Shown: positions 48,973 to 57,744 of the stretch, piece after piece | Position numbering within the stretch: position 1 is the stretch's first letter | Layout of the letters: every line of letters starts with the position of its first letter | Assembly: GCA_016432485.1 (NCBI GenBank) | Contig: CP066691.1 | Span: forward strand, 153,294 to 217,293 | DNA: 64,000 bases | Direction of reading: 5' to 3' | DNA from: Candidatus Niyogibacteria bacterium | GTDB taxonomy: Bacteria; Patescibacteriota; Minisyncoccia; HO2-45-28 | Notes under the pieces: generated by a model | Seen by the model: only the letters and a program-made list of their open reading frames with translations | Told to the model about the DNA's origin: nothing | Databases searched by the model: none | Translations under genes and position numbers: made by a program

Positions 48973-48985
48973 CACCATTTCGCAG

Positions 48986-49138
48986 CTCGCTCACCTCAAG
49001 GGATTCGCTCGTGCTCTCCAGAAACCTCTCGGTTTCTGGCGCCCCGCCCTTTTGGCATACCAAAAGGGCGGGGCTGTTTTCCTACACGGGGAAAACTACA
49101 GTTTTCCCCGACCCCCTTTCGTAATGGTGGTTCTGGCT
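48986..49138. repeat. Palindrome-rich insert carrying a perfect 15-bp stem (gccccgcccttttgg-cata-ccaaaagggcggggc) and an 11-bp stem (cggggaaaact-aca-agttttccccg).
   Basis: Read directly. It lies between the duplicated gene 3' ends. Confidence 0.45.
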
Positions 49139-51061
49139 TTAAATATTATTTCGCGATAAAAGTTTCTCAGCATATTCCCAAAACTCCGGCGTATTGTGTT
49201 TAATTTTAAGCCAAAACCACCATTCCGCGCCCCATAAATAATATTCGTCAAAACCGCTGGCCTTGGCGTAATCAATCGTGTTTTTAAAAAAATCCAAATC
49301 AAAATATTTCAATTGCTCGTCAAGCGCTGTTTCGTAAAGTTGTTCGGGAAGCCACGGCTCGGCCGCAAGCTCTGAGACAATAAATTTTTTCTCATGCTCT
49401 CCGGTAAGCCGTCTTATTATTTTTTCTTTAAGTCCGAAAAACTCCGGCGGCAGATGATATTCAATAAAGCCGAGCGTATCATTATAAATCCTGCGATACA
49501 TTGTCGTTCCGAAAATATCTCCGCGTTTAACCGCCCCAAACCACAATCCCAATTCGCCGCTATCCGTAATTAAGACCGGGTGATTGGAATCCAGGGATTT
49601 GACCAGCGTTATTTCTTCATCCAGAAATTCTTTATCCAGCGGCGGACATTCGCCGAATTTTAAAAACGGCTCGTTTTCTACCTGCCAATATAAAAGCGCC
49701 GGATGATTTTTATAGCGATTTACGACGGCTTCGATATATTTAAGCAAGCTTTGAGCTTTTAGCTTTGAGCTTTTAGCTCGAGCCCATTCGGGCTCATGAC
49801 ATTCGGGCCAGCGCGGCAGTTTCCGGCCAACAGCCAAAATAACCCGCGCGCCGGAGAACGCGGCTTCATCCATTTGATAATCCAAATTTTGAAAATCAAA
49901 CTTGTCTTCCTCCCGTTCAATCATGTCCCAATAAGCGATGAGACGGATGCGCTTCGGCTTTAATTCTTTTATAATCGCGTCATAATTTTCGCGCCAATAA
50001 GCCCCCTCACCTACTTTGCCATCTTTTGAATTTGCGCTTTGCGCCACGGCAAAGTAGGTGTGGGGGTCAGACCCGAGCTTTTCGGAAAATTTTTGCGAGA
50101 ATGTAACGCCCCAGACAACTTCCCTTTGCGGGTCGGGCGCCCATCCGGCGCTCGCCCATGCGTCTGACTTGTAATATTCGCCGACGGCAAGCCACAAAAT
50201 GCCCAGGGTTATTACGACAAGAGCCGCTATTTTTCCGACAAGCGCCCACCCTCTAAAACGCTCGCGCAAAATCAGCCATCCGCCGAGAAAAATAAAAACA
50301 TATTTAAGATTGTAAGTTGAATCCACAAGCGGCGGAAGTCCAAGCAAAAGGGCATAGTATATCAAAACGGAGCCGCCTCCGGCATAGCTCCGATTCAGAA
50401 AATATGCCCACTTGCTTTTGAATTCGTCTTTACCTTTGGGTCTTAAGATTTTCCCGCGCAGCGCCGGAAGTAAAAGAAAGGCAAGAACCGTAAAAAGTCC
50501 CGCAAGTTTAATCCAGATGAAACCCGTAGCAAAATTGGTCATTTCAAACACGCTTTTGGTAAGCGTGTTTGAAAGTCCGAAAGAAAAAGCGGAGGCAAGC
50601 GCGAAAAGGCCGATTTTTAGGCGAAAAGGCGCGGATTCAACAAAAAATAAAATAAGTCCGCCGAAAATTAAAATAGAAAATCCGACAAACTGATGACTGC
50701 TTAATTCAATTCCTAAAATGAGCGAGCTGAAAATGTAAGTGAAAACCGGTGAAATCGCGCCTATTAAAATTACGGAGTTTGACGCTTCACCGTAAAAAAG
50801 AGCGTAAAAATAAAAAAGCATTGCCAAAATGAAAAAGATGCCGGCCAAAAAAGCAAGGCCGGCCTCAGACAAATTCAAAATTCTAAAACCAAACGGCAAA
50901 AAAACCAGTGAAAAAACTCCCAAAATCCCAAGCCAAAAAGTATAGCCGATGGGATTCGGATATGATTTTTTCAAAAGCAGTTTGTCTATTACGGCCGATG
51001 ACCCGTTCACAAACTGTGCTGCAATAGCAACCAAAAGCCACATGGATTGATTATATCCCAA
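49139..51061 (-). CDS. Fusion of an EamA/DMT-like 10-TM transporter domain with a clan GH-A glycoside hydrolase (GH5-like) domain.
   Basis: 640 aa. The N-terminal 300 aa are polytopic membrane. The C-terminus has YWQVENEP (the NEP acid/base motif of clan A TIM-barrel hydrolases). It contains a 14-nt tandem duplication near 49750-49790. Confidence 0.65.
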   Translation of the reverse strand: MGYNQSMWLLVAIAAQFVNGSSAVIDKLLLKKSYPNPIGYTFWLGILGVFSLVFLPFGFRILNLSEAGLAFLAGIFFILAMLFYFYALFYGEASNSVILIGAISPVFTYIFSSLILGIELSSHQFVGFSILIFGGLILFFVESAPFRLKIGLFALASAFSFGLSNTLTKSVFEMTNFATGFIWIKLAGLFTVLAFLLLPALRGKILRPKGKDEFKSKWAYFLNRSYAGGGSVLIYYALLLGLPPLVDSTYNLKYVFIFLGGWLILRERFRGWALVGKIAALVVITLGILWLAVGEYYKSDAWASAGWAPDPQREVVWGVTFSQKFSEKLGSDPHTYFAVAQSANSKDGKVGEGAYWRENYDAIIKELKPKRIRLIAYWDMIEREEDKFDFQNLDYQMDEAAFSGARVILAVGRKLPRWPECHEPEWARAKSSKLKAQSLLKYIEAVVNRYKNHPALLYWQVENEPFLKFGECPPLDKEFLDEEITLVKSLDSNHPVLITDSGELGLWFGAVKRGDIFGTTMYRRIYNDTLGFIEYHLPPEFFGLKEKIIRRLTGEHEKKFIVSELAAEPWLPEQLYETALDEQLKYFDLDFFKNTIDYAKASGFDEYYLWGAEWWFWLKIKHNTPEFWEYAEKLLSRNNI

Positions 51062-51095
51062 ACACGCCTTATTTTAAGCCTCATTACCAATGCCT

Positions 51096-51125
51096 TGACA
51101 TTGACTCTAAAATTACTATAATAGA
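51096..51125 (+). promoter_or_regulatory. Sigma70 promoter (-35 TTGACA, -10 TATAAT) upstream of a GTG-initiated gene.
   Basis: ccttgacattgactctaaaattactataat. Confidence 0.5.
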
Positions 51126-51159
51126 GCATAGAAAACCGAATTTAATAAGGAGAGAAGAA

Positions 51160-51750
51160 GTGGATGAAGTGTTTCGTTCAAGATTTTCTGTTTTGGATAT
51201 TAACATTGAGAGCATGAGCCAGGAACTAAAAGATGAGGGCTTCGTTAGCAACATATTAGAACACGCTAGAGGGGTCTATCTTGGGTTTTTGGGGAGCACA
51301 GACAGATTTGAAGAAGAACACGACGTCGGACTTTTAAGAATCTCAAATGGATATACTATGTGTTTTGGCAATGACGAAGCGGATTTGTGGCTGTGGATAA
51401 TTTTCTATGAACACCACAACGACCCGCTCATAGAGCTCGCCGCGAGAGCACACGAAGAAACTCATGCATTGCATGGAATGGGTAAAATAAGTTTATTACA
51501 AGAAAAACTCGCCGACACAGGAGTAAATATCAGCTTTGACGAGTTAAAAGACTTTTGGGGCTGTACTCCGCCACAAAGAGAGCTCATTGCAATTATCGGT
51601 TCGTTGTTTGTCTTACAGGAAAATGGATATGATGTGGACGAAGCAATTCGCAGACTAAAATCTACTAATCCGTTTTATCCCTTTGAACAGGCCCTGCTTC
51701 TTTACAAGGCCGGGACTAAAAACCACATTGCTCTAGTCACAATACAGTGA
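51160..51750 (+). CDS. Hypothetical protein with an HExxH motif (AHEETHALHG), a possible minimal metallopeptidase.
   Basis: 196 aa. GTG start after AAGGAGAGAAGAA. HEETH is the only recognisable motif. Confidence 0.45.
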   Translation: MDEVFRSRFSVLDINIESMSQELKDEGFVSNILEHARGVYLGFLGSTDRFEEEHDVGLLRISNGYTMCFGNDEADLWLWIIFYEHHNDPLIELAARAHEETHALHGMGKISLLQEKLADTGVNISFDELKDFWGCTPPQRELIAIIGSLFVLQENGYDVDEAIRRLKSTNPFYPFEQALLLYKAGTKNHIALVTIQ

Positions 51751-51812
51751 GTATTTCCGGCAAGCGCCTTAACAATTTCTTCTCCCGAAATTATAGGCAG
51801 ACGCGCCATGAA

Positions 51813-52133
51813 CTAAAGGGTGATTGTGTGCAAGCTTAGTTCTTTGGGACGATAGGACTCAAGAACTTCCCTGCTTTTTCTTTCTTCAAGTATTAAAGCA
51901 ATAACCTTGCGTATATTTTTCAGGGCTTCGTCTAAATTTTTGCCCTGAGTGTAACACCCCTCAAAAATAGGACATTCAACGACATAAAATCCATCTTCGT
52001 CTTTTTCAACTGCTATAATAGAGAAAAGGTACGAAGAAGAATAGAAAGATCGCGAGGCGCGAGCACACCAAGTGTGCCGCGCCTCTTTTTTATTTATTTT
52101 TATTTTCTTCACGCAAAGGCGTCGCCTTTGCAA
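51813..52133 (-). CDS. HicB-like antitoxin domain protein whose 5' end is overlapped or replaced by a copy of the 85-bp direct repeat. It may be a pseudogene.
   Basis: C-terminal 70 aa IAVEKDEDGFYVVECPIFEGCYTQGKNLDEALKNIRKVIALILEE is the HicB/UPF0150 signature. The only in-frame start is a TTG inside the repeat. No hicA partner is adjacent. Confidence 0.45.
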   Translation of the reverse strand: MQRRRLCVKKIKINKKEARHTWCARASRSFYSSSYLFSIIAVEKDEDGFYVVECPIFEGCYTQGKNLDEALKNIRKVIALILEERKSREVLESYRPKELSLHTITL

Positions 52134-52135
52134 GT
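52051..52135 (+). repeat. 85-bp direct repeat copy 1, containing a terminator hairpin (ggcgcgagcacaccaagtgtgccgcgcc + T-run) and a second hairpin gcaaaggcg-tcg-cctttgc.
   Basis: 79/79 nt identical to 53069-53147. Confidence 0.7.
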
Positions 52136-52146
52136 ACTATTGACAA

Positions 52147-52180
52147 ATGGCATAATCTTGTGCTATAATGGAGGATGTAA
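52147..52180 (+). promoter_or_regulatory. Sigma70 promoter (TTGACA, 18 nt, TATAAT).
   Basis: tattgacaaatggcataatcttgtgctataatgg. RBS AAGGAG upstream of the ATG at 52297. Confidence 0.5.
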
Positions 52181-52296
52181 AATAGCGCTCTTTAAGAATA
52201 TAAAAATTGAGTTCGGCGCGGGGTTTTGGGCGTACTTTTTGCGCCTAAAATCCTGCGAAACCGAATTCAAACCCAGCAGGCATAAGGAGAAGCCGG

Positions 52297-53043
52297 ATGC
52301 CGAATTGTTTAGAGGTGGTATATGAAGAAGGCGGCAACCAAGCAGTCCCGTCGTATTCCAGAAAAAGTCCGCGATTTAGAGAACGCCTGGAAAACGAGGT
52401 TGGAAGAATATACGACCCCGGAAACGGGTGGGTATATTACTATCAGCTCGCAAAACTCCTGCTCGTTCTAGGCGACAGCAGGGAAACAGAAATTGATGTT
52501 GCGCCGTTCTTTCGTGAAAATTGGGGCAAAATAACAAAAAATAGGGTTGCGGCAATAGAAGAATCCATGCCCAAAAAAGTAACCCTTGACAAAAACCGTC
52601 GGCTCAAAGATGAAACTCTGAACGAGTGGCTTTTGCGGGCAAAGAAGTTCGACTCTCCTGCCGCGAGAAAGGAAAGGAAAAGAAAACAGAAGGAAGAAGA
52701 CGAAAAAAAAGAAAAACGCATACGAGAACGAGAAGCTTCCGATCTCGGGCTTCCGAAAACCGCGAGCTGGGAGGAAATCCACCAGGCCGAAGAAGTGAAA
52801 TACCAAGAAGAACTGCGGAAAAAACAAAATGAGCTTGAGGAGCGCCGTAAAAACGCTCTGAAGCTCTCGTTCCAGCTAGGCCAAAACCCGAAAGACGGCC
52901 TTGACGAGTGGAAAACTCGTCACCGAGGCGCCTTATACGTGCTTCGGCGAGAAGACGACTACAGTCCCACCGAGGGCGAGGTACCGGTTGAGAAAATCCG
53001 CGACCTCGTGTCAGATCGAATACTGCTCGTGAAACGAATCTAA
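52297..53043 (+). CDS. Hypothetical K/E-rich protein (248 aa).
   Basis: Promoter, RBS and terminator (repeat copy 2) define a unit. The antisense ORFs 52443..52721, 52468..52827 and 52604..53077 are artefacts. Confidence 0.5.
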   Translation: MPNCLEVVYEEGGNQAVPSYSRKSPRFRERLENEVGRIYDPGNGWVYYYQLAKLLLVLGDSRETEIDVAPFFRENWGKITKNRVAAIEESMPKKVTLDKNRRLKDETLNEWLLRAKKFDSPAARKERKRKQKEEDEKKEKRIREREASDLGLPKTASWEEIHQAEEVKYQEELRKKQNELEERRKNALKLSFQLGQNPKDGLDEWKTRHRGALYVLRREDDYSPTEGEVPVEKIRDLVSDRILLVKRI

Positions 53044-53062
53044 CCCGCGAGCAAGCAACGCC

Positions 53063-53147
53063 GAGGGGCGCGAGCACACCAAGTGTGCCGCGCCTCTTTT
53101 TTATTTATTTTTATTTTCTTCACGCAAAGGCGTCGCCTTTGCAAGTG
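53063..53147 (+). repeat. 85-bp direct repeat copy 2, acting as terminator of the 52297..53043 gene.
   Basis: Identical core to copy 1. Confidence 0.7.
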
Positions 53148-53245
53148 CTATCCTCCCTAAATCCCACGATCGTTGAAATCAGAGAGGATGAAAAACTTTG
53201 CTAAATTACAAAATAGTTTTTATCCTGAAATTCTGAAAAAATCAC

Positions 53246-53280
53246 CCATAATCTAATACAAGCGACCGCTTGTATTAGAT
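53246..53280 (-). terminator. Perfect 15-bp palindrome (aatctaatacaagcg-ac-cgcttgtattagatt) just downstream of the ROK kinase gene.
   Basis: Read directly. A T-run follows on the minus strand after a short gap. Confidence 0.45.
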
Positions 53281-53282
53281 TA

Positions 53283-54035
53283 TTACTTAAAAAGCAGGGC
53301 GGCGCCTAGAGAGGCGGCGTGGTTGCCGAGGCGGGATTTTAATATTTTGGCTTTAATGCCGTTTTTTGTGAGTTCCTTTTTTAATTTTGAGATGAAATTT
53401 TTCCTTTTCATTATCACTCCCCCGCCTATAATTATTGCCCGCGGTTTATATGGCTTGATGAGTTTTGCCAAATTCTTGCCTAAAAATTCGGCTAGTTTCA
53501 TATCGTCTTTTCTATCTCTAATTTTTTGATACTCACCCTCCCAACGCTCCGGATATTCAAATTTTTTGATTTTTAAAATTTTTCCGTTTCTGCCGGAGGC
53601 CCGGCCGATTCCCGTGCCAATGGTCAGAAAAAAAAGGTTTTTAAATCCGCGCCCGAAACCTAACAAATATTCCCCTCTGGCAAAACAGCGCGCGTCGTTA
53701 TCAAGTTTTAATTGAATTCCCGTCGGGATTATTTTTTGAAAATTAAAATTTTTAACCGCGGGGATATTGGGGCTAAAACGTAAAACCGCGCCGTTAACCA
53801 CTCCGGCTGTCCCGATGCCGATGCCCGATATTTTTTCGGCGCGCGCCAGAAACTTTACCGTTATACGCAGGACTTTTCCAAAATCCACCAGATTTTGCGG
53901 TGTTTTTACCTCGCGCTTTCTGATTATTTTTCCATCCCTATACAAAATCCCGCGAATATTCGTCCCGCCGATATCCAGACCGATTATTCGCGGCGGTTTG
54001 CGCGTTGAATTGCTTTTTTTTACTATTTCAATCAA
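53283..54035 (-). CDS. ROK-family sugar kinase (glucokinase-like).
   Basis: 250 aa. IIGLDIGGTNIRG phosphate-1 motif and GTGIG. Confidence 0.75.
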   Translation of the reverse strand: MIEIVKKSNSTRKPPRIIGLDIGGTNIRGILYRDGKIIRKREVKTPQNLVDFGKVLRITVKFLARAEKISGIGIGTAGVVNGAVLRFSPNIPAVKNFNFQKIIPTGIQLKLDNDARCFARGEYLLGFGRGFKNLFFLTIGTGIGRASGRNGKILKIKKFEYPERWEGEYQKIRDRKDDMKLAEFLGKNLAKLIKPYKPRAIIIGGGVIMKRKNFISKLKKELTKNGIKAKILKSRLGNHAASLGAALLFK

Positions 54036-54595
54036 AAAATAATAATGCTAACCACCGTAAAATAAACAAGCAGACTTATTAAATCCTGAATGATGGTTGC
54101 CACGGGCCCCGAGCCCAAAGCCGGATCAGAATGTCTTTTGTATAAAACGCTTGGAATAATCACGGCCAAAATCGGAGCCAGCGAAAGATTGATCAAAAAG
54201 GTCAGTCCTATGACAAATCCAATCGCGGAAGATTTAAGCCAATACGCGGCAAAAACCGCTAAAATCAAGCCGAAAATAATGCCGAGGCCGACGCCGACTA
54301 CGCTTTCTTTAAAAATGTAAGTCCAGAAACGGGTTTTTTTGAACGTAAGCGCCCGCACATAAATAGTTTCGGTCTGCGTGCCCACGGCATCGCTTAGATA
54401 CACGATAACCGGAATGAAAAAAGCGAGCCTTACATCGGCCGAAAGAATGGCTTCGTATTTAGAAATAATCAGCGTGGCAAGAATTCCGCCCAAAAGCCCG
54501 ACAAAAAGCCATGGAACACGGCGTTCAATCAAATGCTCTACGGATTCTTTGGTGTCGTCTTCGGCCACATACTCTTTTTTTGGCTGTATCTCCAT
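54032..54595 (-). CDS. MgtE-like divalent cation transporter, membrane domain only.
   Basis: 187 aa. PWLFVGLLGG and C-terminal HSDPALGSGPVATIIQD motifs of the MgtE TM domain. Confidence 0.6.
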   Translation of the reverse strand: MEIQPKKEYVAEDDTKESVEHLIERRVPWLFVGLLGGILATLIISKYEAILSADVRLAFFIPVIVYLSDAVGTQTETIYVRALTFKKTRFWTYIFKESVVGVGLGIIFGLILAVFAAYWLKSSAIGFVIGLTFLINLSLAPILAVIIPSVLYKRHSDPALGSGPVATIIQDLISLLVYFTVVSIIIF

Positions 54596-54613
54596 ACGTT
54601 AAATATACCATAT

Positions 54614-55117
54614 TCAATGCCGGATAATTATTATCTGGCGCAAAACCATGTCTTCAGGTTTGGTTATGGAGACGCCAGGAAAATCAAACCAGACGCGAAG
54701 GAAATCATCGCGCGAAACCGCGCGCGGGCCGCCGATCTCAGGGTCCTGCAGATAAATTTTATCGGCATCTAATCCCACAACCACGGAGTAATGCCCGTCA
54801 GGCATCTCGGAATCCGGATAATCCCTGCGGCCGGGCGTGAACCAATCCACGATAACCGGAACTTTTTTTTCCAACCATGATTTAATTTCAAAAAAATCAG
54901 ATTCATTTTTTACCTCGGCATCAAAACCGTATTTACGCGCAACCTCAGCCATAGTTTCGGAGGAAACCCCTAATTTCGAATCACGACCACAAGCTTCAGC
55001 AAGCTCAATCTCACTTTTTTCAAGGCCGTAATAATTAAAAACCATCTTCAAACTGGCCGGACCGCAATACCCGCCGCCGAGAGTTTCTTGAAACGGCTTT
55101 ACCGGAAGAAGTTCCAT
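54614..55117 (-). CDS. Peptidase C39-like (papain-fold) domain protein.
   Basis: 167 aa. The putative catalytic Cys lies in GYCGPASLKMV and the His in GHYSVVVGLD. Confidence 0.5.
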   Translation of the reverse strand: MELLPVKPFQETLGGGYCGPASLKMVFNYYGLEKSEIELAEACGRDSKLGVSSETMAEVARKYGFDAEVKNESDFFEIKSWLEKKVPVIVDWFTPGRRDYPDSEMPDGHYSVVVGLDADKIYLQDPEIGGPRAVSRDDFLRVWFDFPGVSITKPEDMVLRQIIIIRH

Positions 55118-55161
55118 ATTTTATCCATTCTAATATCTTGCCCGCCTTCCGGCAAGCAAAA

Positions 55162-55689
55162 TCACAAAATAGATGATTGATAAAAAATCTTCACCAATTT
55201 CGGTAAATCGCCTTTTGTTTTTTCGCCGTTAGAAATGCGTTCAAAAAGCGCCTTCGGCGTCAGCCAAAAATATTCCGTAAAATCATTTTTGTTGTAGTTC
55301 GGCGTTTCGTCCATTTTAATTTCATATACTTTCATATATGCCGAAACTCCGTCTTTTCGCGGAGTTAAATGTCCCAGTAAATGGATAACGGCCTTATCAA
55401 CGTCAATATTCAGTTCCTCCCGCAATTCGCGTTTAAACGCGTCCTCGTAGCTCTCCCCGCTTTCAACATGTCCGCCCATGCTCATATCCAAACACAAAGG
55501 ATAGATTCTTTTATCGGCGGCGCGCCGAGGTATCCATATTTCCCCTTTTGAATTTACAATAAAAACATTCACCACTCGGAAATTTGAAAGACCATCGGCG
55601 TAGACTTCCGAACGTTTCTTTTTGCCGACAACATTATCGTTTTCGTCAACAAGGTCCAAATATTCGTCTAAAGTGTGTTCAAGGGTCAT
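55162..55689 (-). CDS. Nudix hydrolase (IPP-isomerase-like subfamily possible).
   Basis: Nudix box GGHVESGESYEDAFKRELREELNID. The ATG at about 55689 is preferred over the ORF track's TTG at 55710. Confidence 0.7.
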   Translation of the reverse strand: MTLEHTLDEYLDLVDENDNVVGKKKRSEVYADGLSNFRVVNVFIVNSKGEIWIPRRAADKRIYPLCLDMSMGGHVESGESYEDAFKRELREELNIDVDKAVIHLLGHLTPRKDGVSAYMKVYEIKMDETPNYNKNDFTEYFWLTPKALFERISNGEKTKGDLPKLVKIFYQSSIL

Positions 55690-55711
55690 AAAAGTATTCC
55701 GCGCCTTCAAA

Positions 55712-55879
55712 TCATCTTCTTTTTGGTTTCCAGTCGGCGATTATTATCTTTTTGCCTTGGCGGGTGATAACGAGTTTTTGTTTTTCGCGAATTTTCAATT
55801 CATCGGCAATTTCCGCAGGAATCACGACCGACAAACTCCGCTTCCCGACCCTCGTCACCTTTCTGACATATTTTTTCAT
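55712..55879 (-). CDS. AbrB/MazE/SpoVT-type swapped-hairpin DNA-binding protein of 55 aa. A candidate transcriptional regulator or antitoxin.
   Basis: MKKYVRKVTRVGKRSLSVVIPAEIADELKIREKQKLVITRQGKKIIIADWKPKRR. It is below the 60-aa ORF-track cut-off. RBS AAGGAT upstream. Confidence 0.5.
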   Translation of the reverse strand: MKKYVRKVTRVGKRSLSVVIPAEIADELKIREKQKLVITRQGKKIIIADWKPKRR

Positions 55880-55930
55880 ATCCTTATTATGCTACGCAGC
55901 ATATTACGCAGCAAGGTTTATGCGACATAC
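55880..55930 (-). promoter_or_regulatory. Promoter/operator element, copy 1. It has -35 TTGCTG, direct repeats TGCTGCGTA x2 in the spacer, -10 CATAAT and the RBS AAGGAT.
   Basis: 46/50 identical to 57582-57632. Confidence 0.55.
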
Positions 55931-56020
55931 TAGCAAAAATTTTTTCTAGTTCCCGCAAATAGTAATTTTCATATTTTTATTTTAATACTTTGATGCCCCT
56001 CGGGCTGCAAATTTATATTT

Positions 56021-56563
56021 CTATAATACATACTCCCAGCCTGGTTTCCAGGATTTTGTTTTTCGCCAATCTTCGGCGAACGCCTCATCCCATGTTTTAT
56101 TTTTAAGCAAAACTTCAAGGGCAAGCTGCGGGGCTTTATGCGAAACTAAGGCGACGCTTTTGCCGTCGTAATTTTGTTTTAAAAATTCAAGAAAATCGGC
56201 AACGCGCGTTTTTACATCCTCGTAGCTTTCGCCATCGGGAAATTTTTCGATTATCATTTTTTCTTGCATCGGCTCGACAATTTCAGACGAGTGGCCGTTA
56301 AACTTGCCGTAATTGCACTCGCGCAATCTTTGGTCGGGGATAATTGGCGCCACTCCTTCAAAAACTAGTTTTGCGGAGTCAACTGCTCGTCTCAGGTCGG
56401 AGCAAAAGACAACATCAAATTTTTTGTCTTTGATTTGGTTTTTTAATTCAATGGATTGTTTTACACCAAGCTCCGAAAGTCCGACGTCAGACCACCCGGA
56501 CGAGATTCCTTTCTCGTTATCCGTAGTCGTTCCGTGTACGAAATAAGTTATTTTGATTGGCAT
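56021..56563 (-). CDS. Histidine phosphatase superfamily (PGAM-like) protein.
   Basis: 180 aa. The N-terminal ITYFVHGTT aligns with the RHG motif region, although the Arg is replaced. Confidence 0.45.
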   Translation of the reverse strand: MPIKITYFVHGTTTDNEKGISSGWSDVGLSELGVKQSIELKNQIKDKKFDVVFCSDLRRAVDSAKLVFEGVAPIIPDQRLRECNYGKFNGHSSEIVEPMQEKMIIEKFPDGESYEDVKTRVADFLEFLKQNYDGKSVALVSHKAPQLALEVLLKNKTWDEAFAEDWRKTKSWKPGWEYVL

Positions 56564-57000
56564 TATTTATTAAACTCAATATATTCTTTAACCCCCCTCA
56601 GCCAGCCTCCTTTGAAAAATTCTTCGGGTTTAAAATTGTTTGGGTCAACCCAAAGCAATTCCGAGTGTCTTTCCGAAGTTTTGACTTCGCCACTTTTCAA
56701 TTCACTCTCATAACCGATGGCAAATATTCTAACGGTGGGATTGCCCGGCGCATGTTCGACTCTTTCATGCCTCATAAAAATGATCGGCTCGCCGATAGTG
56801 TATTTGATGTCTTTACCCAGCTCCTCCGTCATTTTGCGTTCGATAATTTCATCCAAAGGTGTTTCGAACTCGTCTTTTTTGATTCGTCCTCCGGGCAAAT
56901 CCCAGTCGCCAAAGCTATCTTTAAGTATTAAAAGTTTGCCGTCTTTTTTCAAAAAAACTTTTACCGCCACAAAATATTTTTCTTTTTCTTCTGTATCCAT
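56563..57000 (-). CDS. Nudix hydrolase.
   Basis: 145 aa. Nudix box GGRIKKDEFETPLDEIIERKMTEELG. Confidence 0.75.
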   Translation of the reverse strand: MDTEEKEKYFVAVKVFLKKDGKLLILKDSFGDWDLPGGRIKKDEFETPLDEIIERKMTEELGKDIKYTIGEPIIFMRHERVEHAPGNPTVRIFAIGYESELKSGEVKTSERHSELLWVDPNNFKPEEFFKGGWLRGVKEYIEFNK

Positions 57001-57011
57001 GTTCCGAAAAA

Positions 57012-57581
57012 TTACTTTGATAAATCCTCAATGGTTTGGATCACCTCGGGAAGTTCTAGACAGGGTTTTTCGCCTTCAATCGCGCCGGAAAAATGGCCCA
57101 TTTTGTGTTTGATTATGATTTTCGCGCCGAGTTTTTCTTTGAGAATGTCTGCGTATTTCAAATCAACATGCGGATCGTTGTCGGAATGAATCACCACAAA
57201 GCCGTTTTTAGAGTTTGATTTTACTTTTTCAAAATCAATCGGCGTCTCAAAAAAGTTTTTGATTTCGTCGTAACCCAAATCCTCGGTAAATCCGGCGACA
57301 AAGACCACGCCGCCCACTCTTTGGTTTTCGCGCAAAGTTTCCAAATAGCGCATTATTGTAACACATCCGACGCTGTGGCCTATGAGAAATAGGTTTTCGT
57401 CAGGTTGCCCTATTTCTTCAGAAAGGAACGGGACCCACGCGTTTTGCTTTGGGTGTTCGGTGTCGGGGAACGCCGGAATTTTCACTTCAAATCCTTTGGA
57501 TTCAAGTTCTTTTTTTACTGACGGATACCAGCAATAGTCTGGTGTCCCCTCCCAACAATGGACTATAATTACTCTTTTCAT
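57012..57581 (-). CDS. Alpha/beta hydrolase of the YdeN/RBBP9 serine-hydrolase family.
   Basis: 189 aa. Nucleophile elbow GHSVG and a His near the C-terminus. Confidence 0.6.
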   Translation of the reverse strand: MKRVIIVHCWEGTPDYCWYPSVKKELESKGFEVKIPAFPDTEHPKQNAWVPFLSEEIGQPDENLFLIGHSVGCVTIMRYLETLRENQRVGGVVFVAGFTEDLGYDEIKNFFETPIDFEKVKSNSKNGFVVIHSDNDPHVDLKYADILKEKLGAKIIIKHKMGHFSGAIEGEKPCLELPEVIQTIEDLSK

Positions 57582-57632
57582 ATCCTTATTATGTTACGCA
57601 GCACATTACGCAGCAGGGTTTTGCTTTATTAA
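57582..57632 (-). promoter_or_regulatory. Promoter/operator element, copy 2 (same TGCTGCGTA direct repeats).
   Basis: tttcatatccttattatgttacgcagcacattacgcagcagggtttt compared with copy 1. Confidence 0.55.
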
Positions 57633-57744
57633 TCAGCCTCGTCAACAGCCTTAATCCATTCTAGTATTTTGCAAAATTACAAAATTATTTTATTTTAGCG
57701 CTTTGATCCGAAAAAACTACATAAGCAAGAGCTGTTTTACGACT

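Noticed and set aside
52322-52471. Alternative 49-codon ORF with RBS AGGTGG in the +2 frame inside 52297..53043.
   Set aside because: The longer frame starting at 52297 also has a good RBS (AAGGAG) and continues for 248 aa with coherent composition. The short ORF is kept only as a possibility.
52443-53077. Minus-strand ORFs 52443..52721, 52468..52827 and 52604..53077.
   Set aside because: They are antisense to the K/E-rich 52297..53043 gene, which has a promoter, an RBS and a terminator.
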